Source: Convolutriloba macropyga
Lineage: Eukaryota
Assembly (NCBI RefSeq): GCF_964194025.1
Contig: NC_134477.1
Span: forward strand, 16,802,001 to 16,866,000
Reading direction: 5' to 3'
DNA length: 64,000 nucleotides
Both the position numbers and the translations under genes were made by a program. The notes under the pieces are model-generated. The model did not search any database. It had not been told where the DNA came from and saw only the letters and a list, made by a program, of their open reading frames with translations. Shown one piece after another: positions 1-13,060 of the stretch (positions are counted from its first letter, which is position 1; the number at the start of each line of letters is the position of its first letter).

Positions 1-54
1 TTTTCATGCAGAGGCAATTTTCCAAAAGTTTTAACTCCTGACAGTTTTTAAAAC

Positions 55-150
55 AGAAGAAACTTTTAGAAACTAAAGTTTACTGATCATTGTTCATTTA
101 GAGGGATTACTCATTCTTCACCAAATGAATGCCCACTTTACTTTAACGTA
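55..150 (+). repeat. Left copy of a ~95-bp direct repeat flanking the minisatellite
   Basis: GAAGAACTTTTAGAAACTAAAGTTTACTGATCA...CATTCTTCACCAAATGAATGCCCACT recurs, with several substitutions, at about 828-920. Confidence 0.9.
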
Positions 151-152
151 TG

Positions 153-730
153 CCCAATTGCGCTCGGAGTCGCCTCTGATCAGACCCAAGTGCGCTCGAT
201 GAGGTTATGATCAGACTATCCTGCGTTCGAAGGCGCTTCTGATCAGACCCAATTGCGCTCGAAGTCGCCTCTGATCAGACCCAAGTGCGCTCGATGAGGT
301 TATGATCAGACTATCCTGCGTTCGAAGGCGCTTCTGATCAGACCCAATTGCGCTCGAAGTCGCCTCTGATCAGACCCAATTGCGCTCGAAGTCGCCTCTG
401 ATCAGACCCAATTGCGCTCGAAGTCGCCTCTGATCAGACCCAATTGCGCTCGAAGTCGCCTCTGATCAGACCCAAGTGCGCTCGAAGTCGCCTCTGATCA
501 GACCCAATTGCGCTCGAAGTCGCCTCTGATCAGACCCAAGTGCGCTCGAAGAGGTTTATGATCAGACCCAATTGCGCTCGAATCCGCCTCTGATCAGACC
601 CAATTGCGCTCGAAATTGCCTCTGATCAGACCCAAGTGCGCTCGAATCCGCCTATGATCAGACTTTTCAGACCAAAATGACCTCTGATCAGACCATCTCC
701 AGACCATGATCAGACCGTAGTGCGCTCGAA
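153..730 (+). repeat. 32-bp minisatellite (unit CTGATCAGACCCAATTGCGCTCGAAGTCGCCT), about 17 units, degenerating at the right end
   Basis: Directly visible tandem units, each containing the palindrome TCTGATCAGA. A variant 3-unit block (GATGAGG at 198 and 293) recurs with a 95-bp period. Confidence 0.95.
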
Positions 731-827
731 CTTCCGAAAAGACCCTGTAATTTCGGTCTGGGATCACACGGGTGTGCGCCCGACTGGGTCTGATCAGAAG
801 TCAATTTGGGTCTGGACCTCAACCTGG

Positions 828-920
828 GAAGAATTTTTCAGAAACTAAAATTTACTGATCACTTTTCATACAGAGGGATTAATCATTCTTCACCAAATGA
901 ATGCCCACTATACTTTAGCT
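828..920 (+). repeat. Right copy of the ~95-bp direct repeat flanking the minisatellite
   Basis: Similar to 55-150, including the identical core TCATTCTTCACCAAATGAATGCCCACT. Confidence 0.9.
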
Positions 921-3900
921 TATTGCTGATTTATCTTGCGAGCTTTACAAGATAGTCATTTTGAGGTGGCTCTGAAAAATTTTAAAACTGTTACAGCAGT
1001 TTTATCTAAATATTATTAATAAACTCTTTTAATAATTATAAGTTATAAAAAATCTGTAACTTATAATATAGAAACTTTTCGTTTAACTTATTCGGACGTG
1101 TAATCAAGTGTATAACACGTATAATGTACACCAATTTAATTTATAATGTAGTTTGTATCATTACCCACTATGTAATTCGACTGCTCCCGCGCGGTCGGCC
1201 CATTTTGTCTTTTTTCACTACCTGATTGTTTTTGTTTTTAATAAAAAATTATAAACAGCAAACTCTGGAATCACATAGTTTTAATCTGCGGAACCTTAGG
1301 GACAAATTATGTCTCCATTTTGCGTTCTAAGACGATTCCAAAGCACCCAATGTGCTAAAAAAAAACCAATAGTAATGTAAGTATTATGTTCATAAAATCT
1401 AGCAAAGAAGAAGCAATCAAAATGCTTTGACATTTTGTTAAAAACGCTAGAACTAAACGGCGTGCGTGATGTTCCATCGATGATAGGTGAGTGATGACGA
1501 ACAATGCATTTTTCAGTACCTGGATAGGTCCTCAATCTGTTTTCGCAGGGTCGCAGCTGCACTCAAATAAGCTGATTCCGAGTCCATTTTTTGAATAATT
1601 TATTCCTCTCTATCAAAGAAAGGCGAACCCGCACTTCTGAACTTATTGGTGGGTTGGTCAAGATTTAGCAGGTTAATTGCACTGAATTCAACTGATCTGA
1701 AAGTCACAAATTTGAAACCCTAACAGAATTTTTAAAATGAAATACAGCAAATGCGCGGATAATTATCGTGAACTGTGGTTTTCGATTAGTTATATTTGCT
1801 CAAGTGTCGGCTGAAAGGTGTGTCGGCTAATTTGTATGTCGGCCAATTGACCGGTCACGTGCTCTCTGATTGGCTAATAAATTGCTCACTTGAAGCCTAG
1901 ATTTGGCTCTCTTTTTGCAATAGGCTCTCCTCTTCTTTTCTAACTGTGATACTTCTAACTTATTTGCGATTTAGTAGTCCCACTAGCAAATCGCAAACCT
2001 GGTTTGATTAGAAAAACTCATAGTTTAATTTAATTTGAAGTAAAAGGATGTTCACGCAAATGGAGTTGTAGTTCAAAATTTGCATGTATCGAATATATCT
2101 ATTTATATAACATATATCATAGCTCAAATGCCTACAAAAACCTTAAAACCTCTGCATCAAGTTAAAATCTGATATAAAAAATGAAATGTGACAATAACTA
2201 GCAAAAAGAAGTTCAGTCTGCTAATGTTTTTTTTAAAAACAAATCTAGATTTTTTTTCGTCAAAGCGATTGACTCGATTTTTTTGACAAAGATGAAAGAG
2301 TAGGTTTGTCAACCAAACAGTGATTCGGAACTATCAGCTTGATTCAAAAAGCTCAAAAAAGTGATTCTGGATTGATGTCTAGCCAGAAGCATCTGTAGTA
2401 TTCAAGGTCAGTTGTTCGAAAAAAATATGGTAACCCAGTTTCGGTGGCATATTGCATCAAGCTTTGCCAAAAACCTCGTTTGTTTCTTAAAATCTCGTGA
2501 TTTTACTTTTTTCTTCACTTTGCAAATTATTTAGATATTTTGCAAACAATTAAGTGGATAGACGCAACTCTGATTCAGGCGTCTGTTTTCACGTCTGTCT
2601 CAAGCACCGCTGTGTTGTTTTATCAATCCTATACCTTTGAAAAAAAACGCAAATAATTTTCAATTTTGGGGAGTTTGAATTCGGAGCACTCCAGGAATTC
2701 AATTTCTGATCTTCAAGATTTCAAATACCCACTTCTTTTTCATGAATAAAAAAAATGTCCTCACATGGTTTGGGCAAATTATGTAGCTACTGAATTTTAT
2801 TTCTGGTCCACACATCTGCATAAGTTCTAAGAAGACATTTTTTGAATGTTTCTTGTTTTATACTTCATTCTCCAAAAAAGCTTCAAAAGTTTATTCACAA
2901 CTGTTTTCCATTTTACTGCGTAGTCTTTGTTTTTCAACCCAAAAATACAAAGGATTTTGATTCATGAATTATGTTGTAAAGGAGACTTGCTTGCAACAGT
3001 GGCCTTCGAATGGTTAATTCCTATGATCTTACAAAACTATGACTTAATCATGCAATGCCTCACGTCGTCTTGCAAGATTTTCTTCAGAAGAAATTTCAAA
3101 ATCTTGCAAGATAACCATCATCTTGCCAGAATGATGCCAATAATTCGAACACGCTTAAGCAGGACCAATATGAGACCAGTTAAATTGTTTTTTTGCAGTT
3201 ATTCATGTTTTCTCTTTTTTCTTTTTAATTAATCGCCGCAAAGCAATAGCGGCTATTATCGGGGACATTGTGGTTTCTTTACAATTCAAAGAACTTTAAT
3301 TGTAATGAGGCGCTGACTTTTTTTAAGATCTGTTCACATATTTTCATGATTTTTGAAGATAAATTGGAGTAGTGATTTTGGACATGCCGGAATAGGAATT
3401 TGAGCGAAAAACGAGTGGTTTTGCGGCACAAATTTTTTTGCCCTAAATTTAGAGTAGAGTGAAAAAAACGGTGTTTGAAAAAAATTTCGCTTTCTCGCTA
3501 GTAGTTTTTTGTTCACATGCGGCATTTTAACAATGATTTTTAGTTTTTTCAATACTTTTATCTGATCTTTGTCAAAAAATTATTTTCCCAATTCACTCAT
3601 AATCCGTTCTAGGTCTAGTTTTTCTTTAGTCAACGAAAATTTTTTGAATTGTACGTCAGGACTTTTCCTACTATGTTTTTTCTTAATTTGTCGTCTTCAA
3701 CGATGATTCTTGCTACCAGACTTCTTGGAATTGACTTTGTCAATTTCAGTTATTTCTACTGATTTTCAATGAAAATTTGTGTGCGTGACGTCATTTGTTT
3801 TGCTTCTAGTTCAACTGCGTGACTTACCTCACTGAAAAAAGACTTCTGAACTCTCTTAATGAACTTGAAGTTATATGAACATTTATTAGTTAAAGGTCAA

Positions 3901-4803
3901 AAATGTGCATTTAAGTAGTATCAAATTCTAGAGTATTATTGTCCTGAGTTTTTGATTTTGAGTATTGATTTTGATAAAGCTCCATTTGGGTTTTTCCTTA
4001 TAGAGCGTATGTGTCTCATAATAATGACTGTCTGAATCTAACCAAAAGGTCTAGTGGTCTATTAAAGGACTAGTGGTCAATCTGTCTATCTTATTTCTTT
4101 AGTTGTTTCAGTTCAAGGGATGCCAGAAGCGTCTATCGCGGCTATTTCCCTACAATCTGTCTGCTATGTTTTAAAACATCCAGAACCATATCCCGGATAA
4201 TTTCTGCACAAAAAGTGATAACACGCCTATAGAAACAAATGAGATAAGACCTCGACCAAAACGAACTTGCAATAATCTTTCAAATAGCCGTCATCTTTGA
4301 TGGTCTAGCAAATAAGCATTTTTAAAGACCTTGTATGATAACCGTTTTTTTCAAGAATCTTGCAACATCTTCCAAGATAACCATCTGGTCTCGTCTATGA
4401 TGATACCCCACAACCAATATACACCTAAAACTGTGAACTCATTGCCTATCTGCTACAAATTAAATTGATTTGATTTTCTCATTTTTTGAAAGAGCATTTT
4501 GAATTGATACAAGGTAGAGAAGCACAATGGAATAAAAGAAGCTGTACAAAATGAACTTTCGACAAAGGAAAAGTACGGGGATGACGAACCATAATGATTC
4601 ATAAAAGTCCATAAAAACTGCAGACTTATCGACTTGTCATTAGCTCTATTCAAATTTGTTTTTTTTTAAAATTTTTTAATACCGTTGTATGGTTAGAAAA
4701 TTTCCATACATTTTTTTATGATTGATAAGATTCTTTCATGGTGGTCACCCGGGTAATAAAATTCTCGAATATATTAATAGTGCACATATTGTGTATATCA
4801 CGA

Positions 4804-5287
4804 CTAAGCCTTGTACATAATTCTATAACAGACCGGAAGCACCAAGAATGAAACCATAATGAGAAAAGAGTTCACGTGATTCGTAGAGGTCATATCAGTG
4901 GTAACCTCAGAAGATTCAAAGTGACGCTGAAGGGAGGGAGCTTCGAACAGATTCTCCGATGAAAAAACGAGAGTGTTGATCAATGACACTGTGTGGGGTA
5001 TAGTTAAAAATACTATGATACAATAAACAACAGATGCGAAATTATGAGCTTCAATGACATCCTCAACTTCGAAAGAATAGCTGTCCGCTTCTTTGAAGTC
5101 AATTTCTTCGATTTTGAAATCGGGAAGTGCTGGTGATGTTGAGTTGTCCGAATCGGAATATGTTGATGATTCTTTGCCACTTTTGGAAGTGGTAGAAGAT
5201 TTCAACTCGCGGGTTAAGTTTGGTGGTAGTTTTTGAAGAAATTTGTAGTCACGGAATACTTTGATTAAGTGAATAATCAAGTTCAGC
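4804..5287 (-). CDS. Terminal coding exon of a multi-pass membrane protein; possible PGAP1 (GPI inositol-deacylase) C-terminus
   Basis: 158-aa stop-free ORF preceded by a splice acceptor (tttcag at 5293-5288) and ending in TAG. It has hydrophobic segments around a Ser/acidic loop. EVEDVIEAHNFASVVYCIIVFLTIP has the same ED..H..IVxLxxP spacing I recall from the PGAP1 C-terminal region (from memory, unverified). Confidence 0.55.
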
Positions 5288-5881
5288 CTGAAAGTTTATT
5301 AAAGTGTGTTTCGAATTCATAAAATCAGATGAAAAAATTGTGAATATTTTTTGTGGCATGCAAACTTACGCAGCGAATAGTAATGGGTAGCCTTGTGCGT
5401 AGAGACAATTAACGCCTTCCTGAAACAAACTAAGTGAAGTGCAATGAAGCTGATATGTGAATGAAATTGATTAAATGCGAAAAATGAACGCAATTTAAAA
5501 TGTAATTCATAGTGACAATAAAGTCGAAGTGATTTTTTCAAAAAAGTGAAAAATTGAATAAATTCAAAACATCGGCCTTCGTGATCCACGAACGGAATGT
5601 TTTTCAAAATTAACTAGGTTGTAAATTCTTTAGAGCAACGATAGAATTGTAATTGCCAGTACTTATCGTTGATTTTTTTTGTTTGGGCGTCATAAAATCA
5701 CTCTCACCATAAATTGTGCCGTTTTGAATGATTAGAGAACGATTTTAGCAATTTGGGAAATCAGCTAATGAGAGATTGTTTATTTTGAGAATCGCACTTC
5801 TGTTGTCCACTTGATTGTACGTTAAGATCACAGTCCATACTTATGCATGGGTTCATAAACATCGTTCTGAACTACACTCAC

Positions 5882-6108
5882 GCTCGCAGCTTCGAGCGGA
5901 TTAATGTCTTGAAAAGCAAGAAAACGAGATAATAATTCACACAAGTAAAATGTGAAATCTCCTGGACAGGCTTTTCTTGAGAACCATATCCAAGAGCCAC
6001 GTGTGGCTCCATACAGGCCATACAAAAACTTCTTATGTTATCTTGATACGGTTGCCAAGATTTCCACATATGATTCTTATATGGTATCGAAGAATCCGGT
6101 ATGTACAT
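5882..6108 (-). CDS. Candidate upstream exon of the same gene
   Basis: The ORF ends at a consensus donor (gc|GTGAGT, GT at 5881-5880). Its phase 2 matches the phase-2 acceptor at 5288, giving a 594-bp intron and ...KLRA-LNLIIHL.... The 5' boundary is uncertain. Confidence 0.35.
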
Positions 6109-6394
6109 TAGTGCTTTCTTTCAACACCTGTACATAGCTTATACAGCCAGACTCAGCTTGAAGCGTTTTACAAGGCGTATGGCATATTGGTACCATAAAT
6201 GGTCGTCACGCGGTTTTTATTCTGCTGAGAACTTATGGTTGCACAGCGAGAAAATGAAAATATGAGAATCACTTACAAATAACTTCAAGTGTAGTTAAAA
6301 AATCCGTAAGTCTGGTTTACAGCCACACACAGACTTTCAGTAGAGCGTGGGCTACATATTTCCAATTTAGACTTACTTCACTTAGATTAAATAG

Positions 6395-7520
6395 TGTAGA
6401 ATTTGAGAAATCCTATTTTATCGCAAAATGTCGCAATAAAAAAGGATAGAACCTGAATTTCGAAAATTGGTTATCATCAAATTGTTAGTAAGACTTGCAG
6501 TTCAAAGCCATTTGACAAACCAGGCATTTATGGAGCAAAAACGTGTGGCTTTATAAGTTAAGCAGGGGCAATATTGATTTTCTTAAGGGGATCAAATTTA
6601 TAAAATTTAGTTATTATCCGGTATTTACCTCAGTGTGAAATTTGAAAGGAAGTTAGTACATACGGTCGGGCAGGTTCCATCCTGTAGCTTTTGGGGAATT
6701 TGTTTTATAGATACCGTGCGGGGGACTTTTAACTTCCAAATAAGGCTTAATTTCTTGAGTTCAAAGTTTGACCGGTTGATTAATTGGTAGCGTCATAAGT
6801 CTGATACTGCTTTTGTTTTAGTTTGAATAGCTTAAATAGAAGTCAGCAATGTATAAAGAAGGCGTTCAGTTCATTCAATTGTTCGTTTGACGTCATAACA
6901 AACTTTACGTAAGAAAGGCATAACTAATGTGGCCCATAATGCGAAGATAACAGATTCTTTTGTTTTGATCCTTCTTGTACGTTTTTGCTTGATTAGTTAC
7001 TAAGGAGTTGAACCACGGCATTACCAAAACAGTACCATAAGAACTGTAGCTTAGGAGTAGACCCGTAGAGAAGATGGAGAAGATGTGATAACAAAAACAT
7101 TGTTGAGAGAGTTGAATTGACTTGATAAATTCAGAACACCAGTTTGCGCGATTGGAAATCAGAAGCGCAGTTAAATCAAGCGGCTGAATTGAGAGCTTGT
7201 AGATTTTAGAGGATAGTAGTTCTTTAGTTTTGAATTTGGTTAAAGTTGTGAACCATCTTTTGTAAGAAAACCCTGGTTCAATTTTGATTTAATTTTGTGA
7301 TCTTTTATATTTCTTGTTTATACATTTGATGTTATTTGATTACTTAAATCAATTCATTATTCCAACTAGAGTTGCCTACAGCCGACAAGAGCAGCGGGGG
7401 GACAAAATAACCCTCCAATAGAAGTCCGAGAGCCATCAAAACACCCCTTTCAATTTGTTAGAGCTTGGGGCGCTAGTCGGTCCCCAGCTAGTCAGCCTAA
7501 GCAAGGTACAAAATTCTACA
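6395..7520 (+). repeat. 5' LTR (1126 bp)
   Basis: TG...CA termini with a 10-bp inverted repeat; colinear with 13061-14137; carries about 50 extra bp near 6620-6670. Confidence 0.97.
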
Positions 7521-7521
7521 G

Positions 7522-7541
7522 TGGCGCTCCTGGGTGGGCTC
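7522..7541 (+). promoter_or_regulatory. Primer-binding site complementary to a tRNA 3' end (tRNA-Asn-like)
   Basis: TGGCGCTCCTGGGTGGGCTC, 1 nt after the LTR. The reverse complement GAGCCCACCCAGGAGCG-CCA resembles the animal tRNA-Asn 3' end. Confidence 0.8.
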
Positions 7542-9642
7542 TCTCAAGATTTCTTAACAGTTGGAGGGGCTGGACGGCTGTGGCGGTTGCAGTTGAAAAA
7601 AGTAGCCTCTGCAAGTGTAATTGACGCGAGAAGAATCGAATTGTGCGAGAACGAGCGAAGAAGGAGAAACCCGTGGACGGAGTGAAGTTGGAGCTTGACG
7701 GAGAGAGAGAGGGTGCAAGTGGGCAGAGCAGTTTTCAGTTGAGTTGGAGTTCGACTGTTGGGATTGTTTACATTTAGTTTTTCTTGAGATTAGAGGAGAG
7801 TTTGTTCCGACTTAGTCAAGAGCGTAAGTTGCGTGAGGCTGAGTTCGTGCTGAGAATTGAGTAGAGTATCGGTTTTCTTAGAGGAAGGTTTTTACAGGGC
7901 CTTGGCCGAGATCAAGAGATTTGTGAGGCAAGTTGAAGAGAGAGAAGTGAAAAATAGAGGTAGTCTAAATAGGGAAAGGCTGATTGAGAGCAATTTGAGT
8001 AAGACTGTCATTGTTAGTGATTGGCTTTCTTGAGAGGAAGAAGGCCAGTTCAGAGTATCGCGAGCTTGGAACAGGAAGTTGGTAAGCAGGTATTTGGCAA
8101 GTGACAGTTGCGATTGTAAGGTTTGTGAGTATAGAGTTGAGTAGAGCAGAGTAGAAAGAAAGAGAGAGAGAGAAAGAGATTTTCCACAGGTTTAATCTTT
8201 TCTTCAAACTGGAGGAGCAGGAATCAGAGGGTTTAATACTGAGAAAAGAGCAAAGAGAAGTTTTCAAAGTTGGCCAGTGGTGGTTCAACAGCAGCAGGAC
8301 TTTAGCATAGAGTGGCAAAGCAGGTTAAGTCAGGTTAGAGTTAGAGTGTTTACTGATAATAGAGGAGGATCTGGGCTTAGCAGAAGTGAGAGGCTAAAGG
8401 ATCTTCTCAGACATAGAATACTGTTAGACAGAGTAGAAAGAGGTAGAGCTGAGGAACACCACGATTACGTAGAGAAATATGAGAAACATAATTATTTAGT
8501 ACACATGGATTGGAGTGCGTTCCCGTTTGCAGAGTAGTTTCCGTCGGAAAGATTCACGAAATGGGAGGACTGGAAGCTGTACTACCTTGACGTTGTAGAA
8601 GTGTTAAAAATGGGTGAGGATTGAGCTATGGCGTCAATGCTCGGTCTATTGAGAGCATGGGCGTTGCAAACGGTTTCGGAATTGCCTTTCAGATTCTGGT
8701 TGTCGGAAACTGGTGAAGTGGTAATGTCGTTAGAACAACAGTTTCACATCATTGAGAAGAGGCTATCTATTGGTAGGGAAGAAAACTGTAACCGTAGGAA
8801 CAGTAGTAGAAGTAGAGGAAGAAGTGTAATGGAAGGAAAATTGGAAAGTGAAAAAGGTCAAGCAGAAGGCGGGATAAAAGATTCCTTAAGCGAGAACTCA
8901 GAGGAAGATTTTAAGCTTAGTGAAGTTGGTTTGGAATTAGTGAGAAAAAGATGCAGTAAGCAAGATAAAGCAAAGAGGAACTTCCAGAACGTGGTGGATT
9001 TGCTACAGCTGAGTGAGGAGCAAGCAGAACATTTAAGTCTGATTATGTTGGGAGAAGTAAACAGGGAAGTACAAGTGGGTATTAAATATCGGTACGATCA
9101 AAGAACCGGACAGGAAACAATTGTGATCCCTAGTGAAAGGCTCGAAACAAATATTGTTTCTACAGAGTTCGAAAAGAAGTCATTTAAACTTTTTGGTGAA
9201 GAGGTATGTCGAAGAAAGGAAAATGTTTGTAATAGAGATCAAAAATGCAAAAAGTATGATGAAGAAAAATAATTGTGGGATAGAGAGTTACAGTCACAAA
9301 ATAAAAAGGAAGAGGAAGAAAAGCAGCCCCGCAAGACGCTGACGCCAACTGATATAGAAAGCAAGGAACCGAAAACACTACAAGAAGAGAGTAGGGGAAA
9401 ATTCTAGTCAAAATTTGAGAAATTAGTTACGCCTGAATGTTTTGTCTATTACGTTGACAACTCATCAGCGAACAATGGAGGTGATGACTATCTCCCCATT
9501 AGCGACTCCGACCAAGAAGGCAGTGAGGATGAGGAAACTGAGTTTCCTCCTGAGTTCTTTGGATGTACTCAAGAAACAAGCCTTAAGGATGTACCTCTCA
9601 TGATAAGAGTTTTCGTCTCTAGTAGGAAGCGGTGAAGTTGAT

Positions 9643-10772
9643 ATGAGAGAGGTAGAATCCAATCAAAGAATTTTTGCGGAATGCCTAGCTGAAGACTATC
9701 TTAGAGCTAATTTGAATGAAGAGATGGAAACGGTAATTGAGGAAGTCCCATGTATAGTTGAGAGAAGGGGTTGTTTATCTAGTAGAGTTGAAGAGGAGTC
9801 TTTTCGAAACGAAAATAAAATCAGAGACAAACGTAATGGTTCCGTTTGCGCCGCGAGCGTTAGTTCTGGACACTGGCGATGTACAGACTCACAAACAAAT
9901 AGGATTGAGGAAATTTTTAGACAGTGTGATTGGAGTGGCAACCCGGGTGACTTAAAAAGGAAATGGCTAATGCTTTGTGCAGTTAATTATCCACAAGGGG
10001 ATGCAGCGTTTAAGGAGTTTGAGGCTGAGTTAGAAACTAGATCAAGGGCACTTGTGGACTTCAAAAAAGATAGGAGCGAAGGCCAGAGTCCCAAAAACTT
10101 GAACACACGAGATAGGATTCAAGTTTCGAGGGGTTATGAAGCAAGTCTGTACTGGGATACAGCAAGAGTTTTTGAATCGAGCGGAACAGGTACGTCAGCT
10201 GCTGACTTGGAAGAGGTTTTTGACAATTGCACTGCAATTAAAGAAGAAGAGCAACTCGTGGTGATTTTGGGAGCTTCCGAAGAAGTTGTGTCTTGGGTGA
10301 CAGCTGAGGTGTTCACGGTACCAAAGCCAACAAAAGAGAAAGCTCATTGGATTTGCCATCTTGACTACTGCAAATCGGCAGGTGAACTTAGACAGAGGAC
10401 AAATAACGAATTACAGAAATGACCTCAATTGCTATCGGTGGCGAGAATGGAAGCTTTTCAAGGATTGTTTGAAAATACCGAGACACGATCAGGAAAGAAT
10501 TGGAAGTTGAGCGAGCTGCGTTTGTTTTTTCAAGCGAGGAGAGCACTACAGTTTTAAACGAGTTTGAAACAGTTGGTTTTAAGAAAAAGGTGCAAGTATT
10601 AGGCAGAGCTTGTAATAGCATTGTGATGTGGGAGGCTTCATTAGATTTCATTGAGGTTGATGCAGTATTGGCGTTGCTCGTTTTGTTGACAGACATTTTT
10701 CAGAGCTATAAGGAAGTAGTAGACACTTTTAGTTCATGTTGGAGAAGGAGAAAACAGTGTTATCACGGATAG
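9643..10772 (+). pseudogene. Highly degenerate gag/RT-like remnant of the LTR element
   Basis: SWVTAEVFTVPKPTKEKAHWICHLDYCK resembles the gypsy RT N-terminal motif (W.SP.V.VPK....R.C.DY.KLN). It is followed by frameshifted segments; no intact YxDD was found. Confidence 0.5.
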
Positions 10773-13048
10773 ACAAATGTGTGTGGAATCTTGCGATAAA
10801 TTGTCGGCTTCCAAGACATCGGTTGGAAACATTTTGAGTTGGTTAGAGTTCTTGCTTGTTCTAATGTTTGGTATCATGAAAAGTTTTTGGAAGTTTGGAA
10901 AGAGCCAATGATTCAAAGATCTCAGCAGTAAAACCGAATAAACGGAATCAGCAGGACCAGATGTTAGGATGTTCATCGGTAAAAACAAACGAGTGTAGCC
11001 AAGAACCAGGCTTTAAAAGCTCAATCAAGTGTTTGAGAATTACGTTTCAAGGTCTGAAAAAGGTCCATTAGTTCCAGAGTATGCGATGGACACGCCAAAC
11101 TTTCTTCTGCATAGTGGTGGAAGTATGCAGGGATCTGAATATGTGCGGAAACAATCAAGCAGTTTAGGATGTAGCAATCAGAGGCCTTGGTTAAGATTGA
11201 GGTTTGAAGCGGGTCACGGAGGGGTTTTAGCAATCAAGAAAACCCATCTGCTAAAGATGTCCTCAGGAAGAGAAATATGTTTGAATTTCGGTAAACGGCG
11301 AAGTGTGAGTCTTGGTGGATGGTATACAAAGAGGTACTTGAGGTAGTTTGAGAAGTTGAATGAAACAAGTAGAAAGCAGGTTGAACTAGGCAAAGGCAAT
11401 GAACTCTCCAGTGCTGACAAATCGATCGACGCTACAGATGTAGAGGAGGTGCAACCAGACTTGACAACCTTCCTTGATGCGTTGTGTGTGATCACAACCG
11501 AGGAGTCTGACTTTCGGACTACTCTTGACAGTGAAGCTGGAGGTTCCTTGGAACAACTAGAGACTATTAAAGGCAAGACCTCAGATACAGTTGAGGACAG
11601 ATATGCGGACCCCCAATTGAATACAGGAGTGGATGTTACAGAGGAATTTCAGAGTAATAATGAGGGAGATATAAGGAACAGCAATGTGTTGATGGTTGAA
11701 AGACACTCCGATGACCTTTGATGACTTGGTTTCAATTGGGAGCGGCGATTAAGTGTGTTAGACAGGGCCAGGGTCGTCGAAAAGAATGTTATCTCTTTTC
11801 TTTGGGGTATTCAAACGACTTTGGAAGGAGAAGCAAGGAGGTTGTTGCAATGCCTATCGTGTGGTACCCACAAGTTGATAGCACAAGTGATGTAGTCTAC
11901 AACAGAAGAGGGGAGCCTCAGTCAGTAGTCAAATTGCATTATGCGTTGATGGGATCGATGGGCGATGTCCACAGCACAAGGGAGGAGTTCTGTCAGAGAG
12001 GATTCTGTTTCAACGGTTGTCGAGACTCGATGTCACAAGAGACAATGTGGCTTCAGACGAGTCGGAGGGAGAGATGGACAAAGCTGAAGCTGACGAGGAG
12101 ATGGTGCTGGAGGTGGAGACCTCCAGATGTGAGGTGGCTGTCCAGTGAGGAGATGGGAGGACATCCCTTCAAGAATGGAAGGAAGAAAAATCTTGAGAAA
12201 GTACAGTCGGTTTCATAATCTTCAGCACGATTGCTTAGTCTTATTTCAGTGTCTAATCGTGTGTTTCAATTTAGTTTCTGTGCCTAATTATTGGTCATTA
12301 ATGTGGTAAAGTTAGTCCGAAAAATTGCTTAATGGTGCTAAGTTTGTTTATGTGGTGAAATAATTGCTTGATATAGTTATCCGAACTGTAACTTGTAGAG
12401 GGTGCATGGAGTATCAGTGGTTAAACACAGAAACTTGGTTTGTGAATATTAGTTAGAGTAAGCTAGTTGCATATAACTATTCTTGAAATAGTATTAGGAA
12501 GGTGAGTTGAACCAATTTAATTGGATTGGTTGTTTCTAAACAGTTCAAATAGAATTTTTGGTGAGATGGCCGGGATAAATCATGAAAAGATTCGATGGTT
12601 CAACTAACTAAATATTGTGTAGATAAGACGTAACAGAAGATGGTATTGATTTACCTTTTCATTAGTTGTTGAATGTATTGTATCTATAAACAGAGAAAAT
12701 TTTTAATTTGCGTAATCCTTATATTATTTCTAGCCAGATTTTTTGATTTTAATTTAGTTGCTGTAAATATGTTAAATGCTCCAAGGTAATATATTGATGT
12801 GCTATTAATACTAATTTGTAGATCGCGATGGTTCACAAATTGGTCTACTAGGCTTACGTTAGATGGATTAGTCTGTTGTGATGTGTTGTGGAACTAATAA
12901 AGAAAAAGTAAGGTTTGCATGAAGCAAAATATGCTGATAAGGTAGACTAGATGTATCAACGAGACGAGCGGGAAATTTTTAGGATTAGGGTTACTCAAGA
13001 GTTACGTCAGATGCCAGTTTCAGTATTTATTCGGGAGAATAATAGTCT

Positions 13049-13060
13049 AGAAGGGAGGAG
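13049..13060 (+). promoter_or_regulatory. Polypurine tract
   Basis: AGAAGGGAGGAG immediately 5' of the 3' LTR. Confidence 0.9.

Noticed and set aside
153-730. CRISPR-like array (32-bp partly palindromic repeats)
   Set aside because: Units are contiguous with no unique spacers, there are no cas genes, and the context is eukaryotic.
1296-1562. Possible Cys-containing transposase C-terminus
   Set aside because: Cys/His spacing is not convincing and no catalytic region was found nearby.
8628-9272. 214-aa ORF as a host gene or env
   Set aside because: It lies inside the LTR element's purine-rich interior, and no recognisable domain, signal peptide or TM anchor was seen.
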